From: an uncultured Candidatus Saccharibacteria bacterium
GTDB lineage: Bacteria; Patescibacteriota; Minisyncoccia; RBG-13-40-8-A
Assembly: GCA_965231075.1 (NCBI GenBank)
Contig: OZ246412.1
Location: 91,903 to 155,902, forward strand
Length of the DNA: 64,000 nucleotides
Direction: 5' to 3'
Of this stretch, positions 17,611 through 27,297 are shown piece after piece (positions within the stretch are counted from its first letter, which is position 1; each line of letters begins with the position of its first letter). The notes below the pieces were generated by a model. That model searched no databases. It saw nothing but the letters and a program-made list of their open reading frames with translations, and had not been told where the DNA came from. The translations under genes and the position numbers were made by a program.

Positions 17611-18009
17611 ATGAAAGGTTTTCACGCAAACATTGGCGAAGCGTCAAAAAATAATGAAAATTTTCGCAAAGTGCTTTATACCGGAAAGCACTCACAATTA
17701 GTTTTAATGACCTTAAAACCAAGCGAAGAGATTGGCATGGAGACGCACACCGACAACGATCAATTTTTTAGATTTGAAGAGGGTAATGGCAAGGCAATTA
17801 TTGATGGAAACGAATATATTTTAAGCGCCGAAGATGTAATTGTTGTGCCGGCTGGCGCAGAACACAACATTATCAACACTTCGGATTCAGCACCATTAAA
17901 ATTATACACGATTTATTCGCCAGCCCACCATAAAGACGGAATTGTCCGTGCGACCAAAGAAGATGCAATAGCACAAGAAGCTGAATTCGACGGGCAAACA
18001 ACAGAATAA
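17611..18009 (+). CDS. cupin domain protein
   Basis: Two-His cupin motifs (GMETHTDNDQFFRFEEGNG; VVPAGAEHNIIN). Confidence 0.6.
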   Translation: MKGFHANIGEASKNNENFRKVLYTGKHSQLVLMTLKPSEEIGMETHTDNDQFFRFEEGNGKAIIDGNEYILSAEDVIVVPAGAEHNIINTSDSAPLKLYTIYSPAHHKDGIVRATKEDAIAQEAEFDGQTTE

Positions 18010-18055
18010 AATAATTAAGCATAAAAAATTCTGCAATTAAAGCAGAATTTTTTAA

Positions 18056-18084
18056 TTGACAAAAAGCATTAGAATGGTATTATG
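18056..18084 (+). promoter_or_regulatory. sigma70-like promoter (TTGACA-N16-TATTAT)
   Basis: Consensus -35 and near-consensus -10, 18 nt upstream of RBS tagggaggatg and the 18103 start. Confidence 0.5.
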
Positions 18085-18102
18085 TCTTATAGGGAGGATG
18101 CA

Positions 18103-18240
18103 ATGAAAATTGAAGATGTAACTTGTGATCTTTGTACTCGCAATGGGAGATGCGCAAGGCAAGCAGAAGCGAAAGAGGTCGGGATTAAGAATCCCGCCAG
18201 CGACTGTGAGCATCTCGAAACCTGGGAGGATGTGGAATGA
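18103..18240 (+). CDS. small Cys-rich protein (45 aa), GC-rich
   Basis: MKIEDVTCDLCTRNGRCARQAEAKEVGIKNPASDCEHLETWEDVE. Strong RBS, atypical codon usage (GC3-rich). Below the ORF-track length cut-off. Confidence 0.4.
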   Translation: MKIEDVTCDLCTRNGRCARQAEAKEVGIKNPASDCEHLETWEDVE

Positions 18241-18449
18241 AAAATAGAAATTTTTCTCCCGAACCAAGAGTCTGTCCGAAATGTGGACACGGCGACTTCG
18301 TTATGTACGATAAAGTTGCAGGACGGTGGCGGTGCAATGTATTTTCCTGTGACTGGATCAGTGAGCCGTGTGACGAGAACGACTTAAGACAGCTCGTCAA
18401 AAAAACCGATTTCGAACGAGGAATGCTCGACCCTAGTTCTACGTGCTGA
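18237..18449 (+). CDS. small zinc-ribbon protein (70 aa), GC-rich
   Basis: CPKCGHGDF...RWRCNVFSCDW. ATGA overlap with the preceding small ORF; terminator follows. Confidence 0.45.
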   Translation: MKNRNFSPEPRVCPKCGHGDFVMYDKVAGRWRCNVFSCDWISEPCDENDLRQLVKKTDFERGMLDPSSTC

Positions 18450-18463
18450 CGATCTTTTAACGG

Positions 18464-18492
18464 CGGTGGTCCGGAAACGGACCACTTTTTTT
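18464..18492 (+). terminator. intrinsic terminator
   Basis: ggtggtccggaaacggaccac followed by ttttttt. Confidence 0.55.
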
Positions 18493-18542
18493 ATTTAAAT
18501 GCTATAATTAAATTGTAAGTTAATTATTAACCTTTCGAAATT

Positions 18543-19304
18543 ATGAACAAACTCATCACAAGAATATCAACATTAATAGCGTATGTTGTCATGGTGGTAG
18601 TTAATTATTTGGCGGTAACTCTTCCATTAGGAGGTAGGGGAACCGGAGAAATATCTGACAACTATCCTAATTTATTTGCCCCGGCAGGTTACGCGTTTTC
18701 CATTTGGGGATTGATTTACGTGCTTTTGGGAATTTATGTTATTTATCAGTTAGGCAAGAAGGGAAGTGATTTGTTGGGAAAAGTGAATCGTTTATTTATC
18801 GTTAATGCCCTATTGAACGCTTCATGGATTTTTGCTTGGCACTACGATTTAATTTGGTTATCAGTTATTTTAATGTTGGGATTATTGTTTACGCTTATTC
18901 GTATTGCTGATATCTTTCGGGTTAGTAATCTGGAAAAAAAGAAGCGCTGGTTGGCGCGCTTGCCGTTTAGAGTTTATTTTGGCTGGATTACCGTTGCAAC
19001 GATTGCTAATATTGCAGTTTTTCTGGTTTATTTGGGGTGGAACAAATTTAATTTGTCTGATAGTTTTTGGACAGTTCTGATTCTTTTAATCGGAGCATTA
19101 ATTGGTTCGTGGCGCATACTTAAAGACAGGGCCATTTCTTATGGATTAGTATTGATCTGGGCATATGGCGCCATCCTTGCCAAACATCTTTCGGCTGACG
19201 AATTTTCCGGAAAATATCCTGGAGTTATTGGTGTGGTGATTTTGTGTTTATTGGTGTTTTTGGGAACAATAATTTCTATAAGCATTAAGAGAAAAGAAAA
19301 ATAG
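18543..19304 (+). CDS. TspO/MBR-like tryptophan-rich membrane protein (extended)
   Basis: Multi-TM protein with the pattern NYLAVTLPLGG..TGEIS..YPNLFAPAGYAFSIWGLIY. 253 aa is longer than canonical TspO. Confidence 0.45.
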   Translation: MNKLITRISTLIAYVVMVVVNYLAVTLPLGGRGTGEISDNYPNLFAPAGYAFSIWGLIYVLLGIYVIYQLGKKGSDLLGKVNRLFIVNALLNASWIFAWHYDLIWLSVILMLGLLFTLIRIADIFRVSNLEKKKRWLARLPFRVYFGWITVATIANIAVFLVYLGWNKFNLSDSFWTVLILLIGALIGSWRILKDRAISYGLVLIWAYGAILAKHLSADEFSGKYPGVIGVVILCLLVFLGTIISISIKRKEK

Positions 19305-19306
19305 TT

Positions 19307-19705
19307 ATGTTTATTAGACTTTATTTTATCGCTTTGCCGGTCTTCTTCTTGATTGATATGATTTGGTTGGGGTTGATTTCAAAAAATTTTTATGCCAAAC
19401 AAATTGGTGATTTAATGAAACCAAACATTAATTGGATTGCAGCAATAATTTTTTATCTCATTTTTATCGCTGGTTTAGTTGTGTTTGTTATTTCTCCGGC
19501 TGTAGCCAAAAATTCTTGGATACACGCCTTGTTATCGGGAGCACTATTGGGATTGGTTTGTTATGCTACTTACGATCTTACAAACTTGGCCGTAGCTAAG
19601 AATTGGCCACTTTTGATCACAATTATTGATTTGTTGTGGGGAACAGTATTGGCCGCTTCGGTTTCTATTATCACTTATTTTATCGCCAAGAAGATTGGAT
19701 TATAA
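19307..19705 (+). CDS. small integral membrane protein (DUF2177-like)
   Basis: Four predicted TM helices. Translationally coupled to the upstream membrane protein. Confidence 0.4.
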   Translation: MFIRLYFIALPVFFLIDMIWLGLISKNFYAKQIGDLMKPNINWIAAIIFYLIFIAGLVVFVISPAVAKNSWIHALLSGALLGLVCYATYDLTNLAVAKNWPLLITIIDLLWGTVLAASVSIITYFIAKKIGL

Positions 19706-19927
19706 ATTATAAGCAAAACACACAACAGAAGAACTTATATAATTTAAGAGGTTTTTATTTTCCGCGAAAATGTTAAAATAAAAGAGAGATAAAAATTAAC
19801 CAACGATGATGAAATAATGACTGGCAAAATTGCCTTGGCCCATCTCAAAGAAATCCCTGACTATTATACAAGATTAGATGAAATGGAAAAAAGAGCAGAT
19901 AATAAATAAAAAGTAAAAAACAAACAC

Positions 19928-20248
19928 ATGAAACAACTTAAACCATCATTAGTTGGATTAATACAAGCAATAGGCGTAATTGTGTATTGTGTGTTAATCG
20001 CAATGTTTATTAATTTTATGGGCAAAAACGCAGAACCGGTGGGATTTTTGGGTGCGGCTGCAATGCTTGTTCTCTTGGTTTTCTCGGCAGGAGCAACAGG
20101 TTCCATGGTTTTTGGCTATCCGGCATATTTATTGTTTAAAGAAAAAGAAATTAAGAGGCCGTTGTTAGTCTTGGCATTTACTTCGTTGTTTTGTTTAATC
20201 ATTTTAGCAATTAGTGCAATTATCTATCTAATAAGTCTAGGGTGCTAA
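19928..20248 (+). CDS. hypothetical membrane protein
   Basis: Three hydrophobic helices; no motif. Confidence 0.35.
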   Translation: MKQLKPSLVGLIQAIGVIVYCVLIAMFINFMGKNAEPVGFLGAAAMLVLLVFSAGATGSMVFGYPAYLLFKEKEIKRPLLVLAFTSLFCLIILAISAIIYLISLGC

Positions 20249-20263
20249 AACAGATCAGTTTCT

Positions 20264-20467
20264 ATGAAAATATTCATAAAGGTCAGGGCGAATGCTGGAA
20301 ATGATAAAGTCGATCTGCCACAGGTTTACGTTAAACAGCTCGCAAGAGAAGGGAAAGCCAATGAGGCCGTGATTAAATTGTTGGCAAAACATTTTAATGT
20401 CAGTAAATCAGCAATCAAAATTGTTTCAGGATTAAAATCAAAAAACAAAATAGTGGAAATAAAATAA
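20264..20467 (+). CDS. DUF167 / YggU-like small protein
   Basis: IKVRANAGNDKV...LAKHFNVSKSAIKIVSG pattern of the UPF0235 family. Confidence 0.55.
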   Translation: MKIFIKVRANAGNDKVDLPQVYVKQLAREGKANEAVIKLLAKHFNVSKSAIKIVSGLKSKNKIVEIK

Positions 20468-20516
20468 ATTTAATAAGCATTACAATCGGAAGGTATGTTT
20501 TGGCTTATTAAAATCT

Positions 20517-21416
20517 ATGACCGAGAAAAAAGAATACAATATTATTGGGAAAAACATAACCCTTGAAACAAAAAAATACGCAACTGCCTACTTAAACGGT
20601 AGAAAAGATGGTGCAGCAATTTTTTTTGAAGGAGAATATATCAAAACCCCTGGAGATTTGATGTTTATTAACATAGCGAGAAACTATTTTAAAAAATATT
20701 TTTCGGAAATTGGACTAGATAATGAATTTGAATTCTCTGACAATCAAATACATTTTTTACCTGCAGACATTTTTAGATCATATTTTTCTGAACAACATAT
20801 GGAAAATAGTGGCATTTACGTTACCACCAATCAAGGAATTTATATAAACAAAGACATTTTTCGCGGAGATTGGATGATGATGTATAAGACACTGTTTCAC
20901 GAAATCACACACATGGCATCATTCTTAAAATTTGAAATACAAGACAACGTTCCTGATCATATCGGTTCGATTAGGAGTGGATACGCATTTGTTTCGCGTG
21001 ACAAGCAAACGATGAGCATGAAACATTTCAATGAAATTATTGTCGAACGATTTGTTTATGAATTCTTTGATTCGCATCGTAGGGAATTATTAAAAAAATT
21101 TAAAATTAATTTAAACAAAAATGAAGAACTTTATTTGGGTTATTATCCTCTAGAAATTTTGGACGCCATAATTGAAGGTGTTGCTAGGGCAAAAGGAGAA
21201 AAAGAATATGCGGTTTGGAAGAGATTTGAAAAAGGGTTATTTACGGGCACTATGATGCATTTACGAGAAGTTGAAAGAGTTTTTGGTCCAGAATCCTTAA
21301 GAATGTTATCGCGTTTAGAGTTGGTTCGTAATAGTGAAATAGGCGGAGAGAAAGAGGAAGAGTACAACAAAATTCTAAATTATTTTCAAAATCATAATTA
21401 TCATAATAATAAGTAA
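20517..21416 (+). CDS. hypothetical protein with HExxH zinc-metallopeptidase-like motif
   Basis: LFHEITHMASF motif. Otherwise unrecognised. Confidence 0.4.
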   Translation: MTEKKEYNIIGKNITLETKKYATAYLNGRKDGAAIFFEGEYIKTPGDLMFINIARNYFKKYFSEIGLDNEFEFSDNQIHFLPADIFRSYFSEQHMENSGIYVTTNQGIYINKDIFRGDWMMMYKTLFHEITHMASFLKFEIQDNVPDHIGSIRSGYAFVSRDKQTMSMKHFNEIIVERFVYEFFDSHRRELLKKFKINLNKNEELYLGYYPLEILDAIIEGVARAKGEKEYAVWKRFEKGLFTGTMMHLREVERVFGPESLRMLSRLELVRNSEIGGEKEEEYNKILNYFQNHNYHNNK

Positions 21417-21558
21417 AAAATCAAAACATATGAGCATGGGATGGGCAAATCAAAAAAGACGTGATCGAAAAGCCAAACGAAGACATAGGGGCTCGGTTAA
21501 AATGAAAATCAAGGCAAGAAAAAGATAATTTAAAAAAACAATTTAAGTAAAATTAAAA

Positions 21559-22449
21559 ATGAAAAAAATAAACATAGTTATACTTGCGATTTGTTTGGTC
21601 TTAATTATTGGTGCGGTCTATTTTAGTTTAATCAAAAAAGACAATTCAGGGGCCAACAACAATCAGATTGTTGGTGGAGACAAAGATGAGCATGGGTGTC
21701 TTGGTTCTGCGGGTTATGGTTGGTGTGAAGCAACTCAAAAATGTTTTCGTGCATTTGAAGAATTCTGTTCCAGTGATGTGAAAAAATTAGCGGACGATAT
21801 AAAACAAGCAACTAATATAGAATTATTATCAAAGGGGGAAACAACCTTTAATTGGATTGTCTCCAATAATAAAGTCTCCACAGATAAAACGATTTCTGGT
21901 GTCTTGTATCAAATTGAAGATGTAAAATTTGCCGAATATCGTAAAATCGAAGAATTTTTAACCGACACCTACGGGATAAACATAAATAATGTTGCTGATG
22001 GAGTGGTGGCTGGTTTGCGGGGTTATCAAATTGGATATACTGCCTGCGTTTTAAATTACAGGCATAATCAATTAAAAGAGAATGAAAATGCGCCTACAGA
22101 AGCGATTGGAGACAGCGTTAAAGTTAAACTCGAATGTGGATATTTTAATCCTAATGATATCGATAAAATTTTAATCGAACAGACAATTAGAGAACTTTTA
22201 GCTACGAAATATAAAAAAACCATTTCAGACATTAGAGTGAATATCACAAAATCTGATGAAACGCATGTTGCCGGAAATACAGCGATAGCAATGAACGGAC
22301 AATTCGGCGAAGGGGGATTATTTTTAGCAGTTAAAGAAAGCGATAATTGGAAAATCATCTTTGATGGGAATGGATCGATTGATTGTTCGGCAATGAAATC
22401 ACAATACGGATTCTCAGACGAAATACTAAAACCCAACTTCTGCGATTAA
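21559..22449 (+). CDS. hypothetical secreted/anchored protein
   Basis: N-terminal TM/signal (IVILAICLVLIIGAVYF), Cys pairs. Confidence 0.4.
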   Translation: MKKINIVILAICLVLIIGAVYFSLIKKDNSGANNNQIVGGDKDEHGCLGSAGYGWCEATQKCFRAFEEFCSSDVKKLADDIKQATNIELLSKGETTFNWIVSNNKVSTDKTISGVLYQIEDVKFAEYRKIEEFLTDTYGININNVADGVVAGLRGYQIGYTACVLNYRHNQLKENENAPTEAIGDSVKVKLECGYFNPNDIDKILIEQTIRELLATKYKKTISDIRVNITKSDETHVAGNTAIAMNGQFGEGGLFLAVKESDNWKIIFDGNGSIDCSAMKSQYGFSDEILKPNFCD

Positions 22450-22547
22450 CCCATTTGTCTAATTGATTTATTTGTGGTATCGTAATCTTAGGCTAAATTG
22501 AAAGAATTACGCCGCAAGCGTGGTTCTTTTATTTAAAGACAAATTTT

Positions 22548-24332
22548 ATGGAAACGAGAAACATTGCAATTATTGCCCACGTTGATCATGGTAAGACCAC
22601 CCTTACCAACGCTTTAATGCATCAAACGGGGATGGCCGACGAAAATGTGAATATGGATTCTGATGCGTTGGAATTGGAACGAGGAATTACGATCTATTCA
22701 AAAAATACGTCGGTTTTTTATCGTGACTCCAAAATAAACATTGTTGATACTCCTGGTCATGCCGATTTTAGTTCAGAAGTAGAACGAATCTTAAGATCAA
22801 TTGATAGTGTTTTGTTGTTAGTTGATGCTCAAGAGGGACCAATGCCACAAACAAAATTTGTTTTAAAAAAATCATTAGAACTGGGACTAAAACCAATTGT
22901 TGTAATTAATAAAATTGACAAACCCGCCGCTAGACCAGAAGAAGTTCACGAAATGGTTTATGAATTATTTTTGGACTTGGGTGCAAATGACGAACAATTA
23001 AATTTTAAAACTGTTTATGCTTCATCAAGAGAGGGAACCGCGAAACTACATTTAAACGACGAATCGAAAAATTTAAACCCATTATTAGACATAATTTTAA
23101 ATAATGTTTCTCCGGCATCGACCCCGGAAATGGAAGAAAGGCCACTGACTGCCCAACCATTCAATTTGGCTTATGACAATTTTTTAGGTCGTTGTGCAAT
23201 TTGTAGGATTTATTCAGGAAAAATAAAGAACAATCAAGAAGTGATTATCAAAAATTCAAGCAAAGAACCAAGGAAATTTAAAATTATAAAACTTTTTACT
23301 TTTAATGGTTTAAATCGACAAGAAGTAAACGAAGCCGTTGCTGGAGATATCGTGATGATTGCCGGACTCACGGACATTGAAATAGGGGAGACAATTGTTG
23401 AAAACGTAAACCAAGAATTGCTTCCGGCTATTAAAATTGATGAACCCACAATTTCTTTAAATTTTTTAGTGAACAATTCTCCCTTTGCCGGGAAAGAAGG
23501 AAAATTTGTAACCAGCAGACAAATCAAAGAGAGGCTCAAAAAAGAATTAGAGGTCAACGTAGGGCTAAAAATAGATTTTTCAAACGTGCATTATTCAAAA
23601 GTTTTTGGGAGAGGGGAATTACACATTGCAATTTTACTTGAGAATTTGAGACGCGAGGGATATGAACTACAAGTTTCAAAACCGCAAGCAATTATCAGAG
23701 AAGAAAATGGTAAAAAACTAGAACCATTCGAAGAGGTTTTGATTGATGTTCCAGAAAGTTTATCGGGAACGGTAATTGAAAAATTGTCCAAAAGAAGAGG
23801 TCAGCTCACAGACATAAAAACAAAAAACAAGCAGACAAGATTAACGTTTAAAATTCCTACACGTGGACTTTTAGGTTATCGTAGCGAATTTGTTGTCGAT
23901 ACAAAAGGAATGGGAATCTTGTGTGCTCATTTTCTTGGTTTTGATGATTATGCTGGTGATATTTCTAGAAAAGAAATTGGTTCAATGATTTCAATGATAA
24001 CCGGTAAAGCGGCGGGATTCGCCCTTTGGAATCTACAAGAACGCGGAGTGATTTATATCGGACACGGAGATGATGTTTATGAGGGAATGATTATTGGTAA
24101 TACGCCAACCGGTTTTGACATGGAAGTTAATCCCACCAAGGGAAAACAATTAACCAATATGCGTGCTTCTGGTTCAGACGAGGCAATTTGTTTGATTCCG
24201 CCATGGGAAATAACATTAGAAAGGGGATTGAGCATTATTAATGACGACGAGTATATGGAAGTAACCCCCAAAAATATTCGCCTAAGAAAACAACATTTAA
24301 CCGAAAACGAGAGAAAAAAAGCAAAGCGATAA
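22548..24332 (+). CDS. typA: translational GTPase TypA/BipA
   Basis: RNIAIIAHVDHGKTTL G1 motif, DTPGHADF, NKIDK. Length and domain order match BipA. Confidence 0.9.
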   Translation: METRNIAIIAHVDHGKTTLTNALMHQTGMADENVNMDSDALELERGITIYSKNTSVFYRDSKINIVDTPGHADFSSEVERILRSIDSVLLLVDAQEGPMPQTKFVLKKSLELGLKPIVVINKIDKPAARPEEVHEMVYELFLDLGANDEQLNFKTVYASSREGTAKLHLNDESKNLNPLLDIILNNVSPASTPEMEERPLTAQPFNLAYDNFLGRCAICRIYSGKIKNNQEVIIKNSSKEPRKFKIIKLFTFNGLNRQEVNEAVAGDIVMIAGLTDIEIGETIVENVNQELLPAIKIDEPTISLNFLVNNSPFAGKEGKFVTSRQIKERLKKELEVNVGLKIDFSNVHYSKVFGRGELHIAILLENLRREGYELQVSKPQAIIREENGKKLEPFEEVLIDVPESLSGTVIEKLSKRRGQLTDIKTKNKQTRLTFKIPTRGLLGYRSEFVVDTKGMGILCAHFLGFDDYAGDISRKEIGSMISMITGKAAGFALWNLQERGVIYIGHGDDVYEGMIIGNTPTGFDMEVNPTKGKQLTNMRASGSDEAICLIPPWEITLERGLSIINDDEYMEVTPKNIRLRKQHLTENERKKAKR

Positions 24333-24341
24333 ATATAACTC

Positions 24342-24370
24342 TTGACAGAACAATATATAATTGTTATTAT
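24342..24370 (+). promoter_or_regulatory. sigma70-like promoter (TTGACA-N17-TATTAT)
   Basis: cttgacagaacaatatataattgttattat upstream of RBS aaggagg. Confidence 0.5.
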
Positions 24371-24402
24371 TAAACTTCGAATTTTTTAAGGAGGTTCTTT
24401 AG

Positions 24403-24606
24403 ATGAACGAAATGATTACGGCTCAAGACGAACAAACAGTTCTCTATGCCCTTGACATGGAAGTCATGGGCAAAACATTCAGCGAGCTCAAGCAGGACAC
24501 GAACATGGAGACGGCCAAGCTGGTGGCGATTCTCGAAGCGCTTCAGCGGAAAGATTCCGTCGGATACGACGGCAATCGGTATTTCATCAAGAGCAAGAAT
24601 ACTTAA
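24403..24606 (+). CDS. small winged-helix-like protein (67 aa), GC-rich foreign-looking gene
   Basis: AAGGAGG RBS. GC ~50% with CTC/AAG/CTG/GCG codons unlike neighbours. LYALD...TAKLVAILEALQRKDSV...NRYFI resembles a wHTH. Terminator hairpin gccgcgggaatcaaatcctgcggcgttttt follows. Confidence 0.45.
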   Translation: MNEMITAQDEQTVLYALDMEVMGKTFSELKQDTNMETAKLVAILEALQRKDSVGYDGNRYFIKSKNT

Positions 24607-24692
24607 AAGAGGGAGGGCGTTGCAGTGCCGCGGGAATCAAATCCTGCGGCGTTTTTATTGCTTTTAAGGACAATACGGGCTATTATGACAAT

Positions 24693-25394
24693 ATGAAGCC
24701 GAACAAGATAAAAGCTGAAATTAGGAAACAAGCCGACCCAAAGAGAGCCGAAAGTTCCCTCTGGTTTTTTAAAACCGGAAAAGGTGAATATGGCGAAGGG
24801 GATAAATTCTTAGGAATTAATAATCCCAAAACGCGTAAGATTGCAAAAGATTTTTTTGTTGATTTGAAATTGATCGATTTAGACGGGCTCATTAAAAGTA
24901 AATTTCACGAAGAGAGACAAATTGCTCTTTTTATTTTAACTCTGAAATTTCAGAGAGCCGATTTAAGCGAACAGAAAAGTATTTTTAATTTTTATTTAAA
25001 ACACACAGAATGCATTAATAATTGGGATTTAGTAGACTGCTCTGCCCACAAAATTGTTGGCCCATATTTAGAAAATAAAGACAGAAAAATTTTATACAAA
25101 CTCGCCAAATCTAAAAGTTTGTGGGAGCGCCGAATTGCTATAATTTCTACTTTTTGTTTTATTGCCCAAAACGACTTTAAAGATTCACTAAAAATCGCTG
25201 CAGTTTTAATAAACGACAAACACGATTTAATACACAAGGCGGTCGGTTGGATGTTGCGGGAAATAGGAAAGCGTGATCAAGAAGTTGAGGAAAAATTTTT
25301 AAAGAAACATTACAAGACGATGCCTCGAACAATGTTGCGTTATGCGATTGAAAAATTTAACGATAAAAAAAGAAAATTTTATTTAAACAAATAA
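24693..25394 (+). CDS. DNA alkylation repair enzyme (AlkC/AlkD HEAT-like repeat family)
   Basis: HEAT-like repeats; WDLVDCSA...WERRIAIIST...HKAVGWMLRE pattern. Confidence 0.65.
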   Translation: MKPNKIKAEIRKQADPKRAESSLWFFKTGKGEYGEGDKFLGINNPKTRKIAKDFFVDLKLIDLDGLIKSKFHEERQIALFILTLKFQRADLSEQKSIFNFYLKHTECINNWDLVDCSAHKIVGPYLENKDRKILYKLAKSKSLWERRIAIISTFCFIAQNDFKDSLKIAAVLINDKHDLIHKAVGWMLREIGKRDQEVEEKFLKKHYKTMPRTMLRYAIEKFNDKKRKFYLNK

Positions 25395-25398
25395 ACAT

Positions 25399-26112
25399 AT
25401 GAGATTAAATAGATTTTTAATGAAATTCAATTTAAATCAAGACAACTTAAAAATTGATGATTTTGAAATTTATAATCAAATTAGAAATGTATTGAGACTA
25501 AAGCCCGGCGAACAAATTATTTTGTTCGATGGCGAATCCAATGAAGCGAAAACAGAAATTTTGAATATTAATCACGAAGACAAAACTATTGATTTGCTTG
25601 TTTTGGAAACAGGAAGAAATCAACAAGAATCAGAAAAAGAAATAACTCTATATTGTTCGATTTTAAAACGTGAAAATTTCGAATTAGTCGCACAAAAAGT
25701 AACAGAAATTGGAATTTCTAAAATCGTACCAATAATTTGTGAACGAACGGTAAAAACAGGAATTCGAAAAGAAAGATTAAAAAAGATAATAAAAGAAGCA
25801 AGTGAGCAGTCGGGCAGGGGGATAATTCTTGAAATTTCAGAACCAATTAATTTTGAACAGGCGATTGAACAAGCAAAGGAAAATAATCTAAATCTATTTT
25901 TCGACATTTCCGGCAAACCATTAAAATCCTGCGAAGTTAAATCTCGTAAGGTCGGTTTGTTTATTGGGCCAGAGGGTGGTTGGAGTGATGAGGAATTGGA
26001 ATTAGCCCAAAACAATAATTTTGAAGTTATAAAGTTGTCCGAACTAAATTTTCGCGCAGAAACGGCAGCAATTGTTGCTAGCTACTTAGTTTGTTATAAT
26101 GAAAACATATGA
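25399..26112 (+). CDS. rsmE: 16S rRNA (uracil1498-N3)-methyltransferase RsmE
   Basis: PUA-like N-terminus and C-terminal SPOUT motifs (LFIGPEGGWSDEEL). Confidence 0.7.
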   Translation: MRLNRFLMKFNLNQDNLKIDDFEIYNQIRNVLRLKPGEQIILFDGESNEAKTEILNINHEDKTIDLLVLETGRNQQESEKEITLYCSILKRENFELVAQKVTEIGISKIVPIICERTVKTGIRKERLKKIIKEASEQSGRGIILEISEPINFEQAIEQAKENNLNLFFDISGKPLKSCEVKSRKVGLFIGPEGGWSDEELELAQNNNFEVIKLSELNFRAETAAIVASYLVCYNENI

Positions 26113-26345
26113 AAAAAATCATTAAAGCACAATTTGTGGTGTTGTTAATAGGATTTTTATTTGCCTGGACTAATTTTACGGTTGAATTAATAAGCTGGCT
26201 AAACCAAAAAACTTGTACTTTGGGATGCACGAAACTAGGAACAATCCCATTTTTGACTCCCTGTTTTGGCGGAGCAATATTTTTTACAATTGCCTTTGTT
26301 TTAAGCATGTTGCTTTTGAAGAGATCCAAAAAAATTGTTAATTAG
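26109..26345 (+). CDS. small membrane protein
   Basis: Two TM helices. Overlaps the rsmE stop (ATGA). Confidence 0.3.
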   Translation: MKKIIKAQFVVLLIGFLFAWTNFTVELISWLNQKTCTLGCTKLGTIPFLTPCFGGAIFFTIAFVLSMLLLKRSKKIVN

Positions 26346-26349
26346 TGCA

Positions 26350-27225
26350 ATGAATAAAAAAAGATTAATTGTTATTATTTTAATCGGCGCAATTTTTTTA
26401 GTTGCGTTTTTTTTATTAAAGAATCAATTATTTAAGATTTATTCTGACGTTTCCAATGTATCTAATTATGAAAAAATGGGAGATTTGTTATTGGAGCAAA
26501 TTGAAAAAACGATTTCTACGCCCACACCCCTAAAAAGAGTCATCGAAAACCAACAAGGGTTTTTAACGGAATCGGGGATTTTAAAATATACTAACGAGCA
26601 GAGGACAAAAAATGGCCTAGAACCATTAATGGAAAATTTAAAACTAAACGCAAGCGCGAGATTAAAAGTTGAAGAAATGTTTAAAAATCAATACTTTGAA
26701 CATGTTTCACCAACAGGAATCGGGGTTGGTGAATTAGCACAGCAGATAAACTATGAATATATTGTTATTGGAGAAAATTTAGCAATGGGAAATTTTAAAA
26801 ATAGTGAAGAATTAGTACAAGCGTGGATGGATAGTCCTGGACACAGAGAAAATATTTTAAATTCTAAATACGTAGAAATCGGAATTGCGGTAATGGAAGA
26901 TAATTATCAAGGACAAAAAGTTTGGATGGCGGTTCAACACTTTGCTAAACCGATAGCAGACTGCATGAAGCCTAACGAAAATTTAAAAATTGAAATTAAA
27001 GCCGAAGAAGAACAAGTTAGACAACTAAACGATGCTCTAAATTTGATGCACGATCAATTAGATGGCCTTAGGCCCAAAACGCAAAAAGAAATAGATTTAT
27101 ATAATCAACAAGTCGAAAAATACAATTCTTTGTTAAACCAGTATAATTTCTTAGTAGACGAGGTTAAAAAGCTGATTAATGATTATAATGGGCAAGTTGA
27201 AGCATTTAACGAGTGCTTGAAATAG
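26350..27225 (+). CDS. CAP/SCP/PR1-like domain protein with C-terminal coiled coil
   Basis: N-terminal TM, then YFEHVSPTG...GENLAMG...LVQAWMDSPGHRENIL...YVEIGIAV CAP-domain motifs. Confidence 0.7.
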   Translation: MNKKRLIVIILIGAIFLVAFFLLKNQLFKIYSDVSNVSNYEKMGDLLLEQIEKTISTPTPLKRVIENQQGFLTESGILKYTNEQRTKNGLEPLMENLKLNASARLKVEEMFKNQYFEHVSPTGIGVGELAQQINYEYIVIGENLAMGNFKNSEELVQAWMDSPGHRENILNSKYVEIGIAVMEDNYQGQKVWMAVQHFAKPIADCMKPNENLKIEIKAEEEQVRQLNDALNLMHDQLDGLRPKTQKEIDLYNQQVEKYNSLLNQYNFLVDEVKKLINDYNGQVEAFNECLK

Positions 27226-27297
27226 AAAAACTCTGCCCCGACCTTGCGTCGGGGTTGACAACAGATTATTATAATGTTAGTATTAGCGCAGCTATAT

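Noticed and set aside
21428-21529. 32-aa highly basic ORF (MSMGWANQKRRDRKAKRRHRGSVKMKIKARKR)
   Set aside because: It could be a ribosomal-protein-like peptide, but no family match is recognisable and there is no clear RBS.
27255-27275. TTGACA ... TATAAT as a promoter for the GerMN-like gene
   Set aside because: Spacer is only 9 nt. The TTGACA is part of the repeated hairpin unit, so no sigma70 promoter call is made here.
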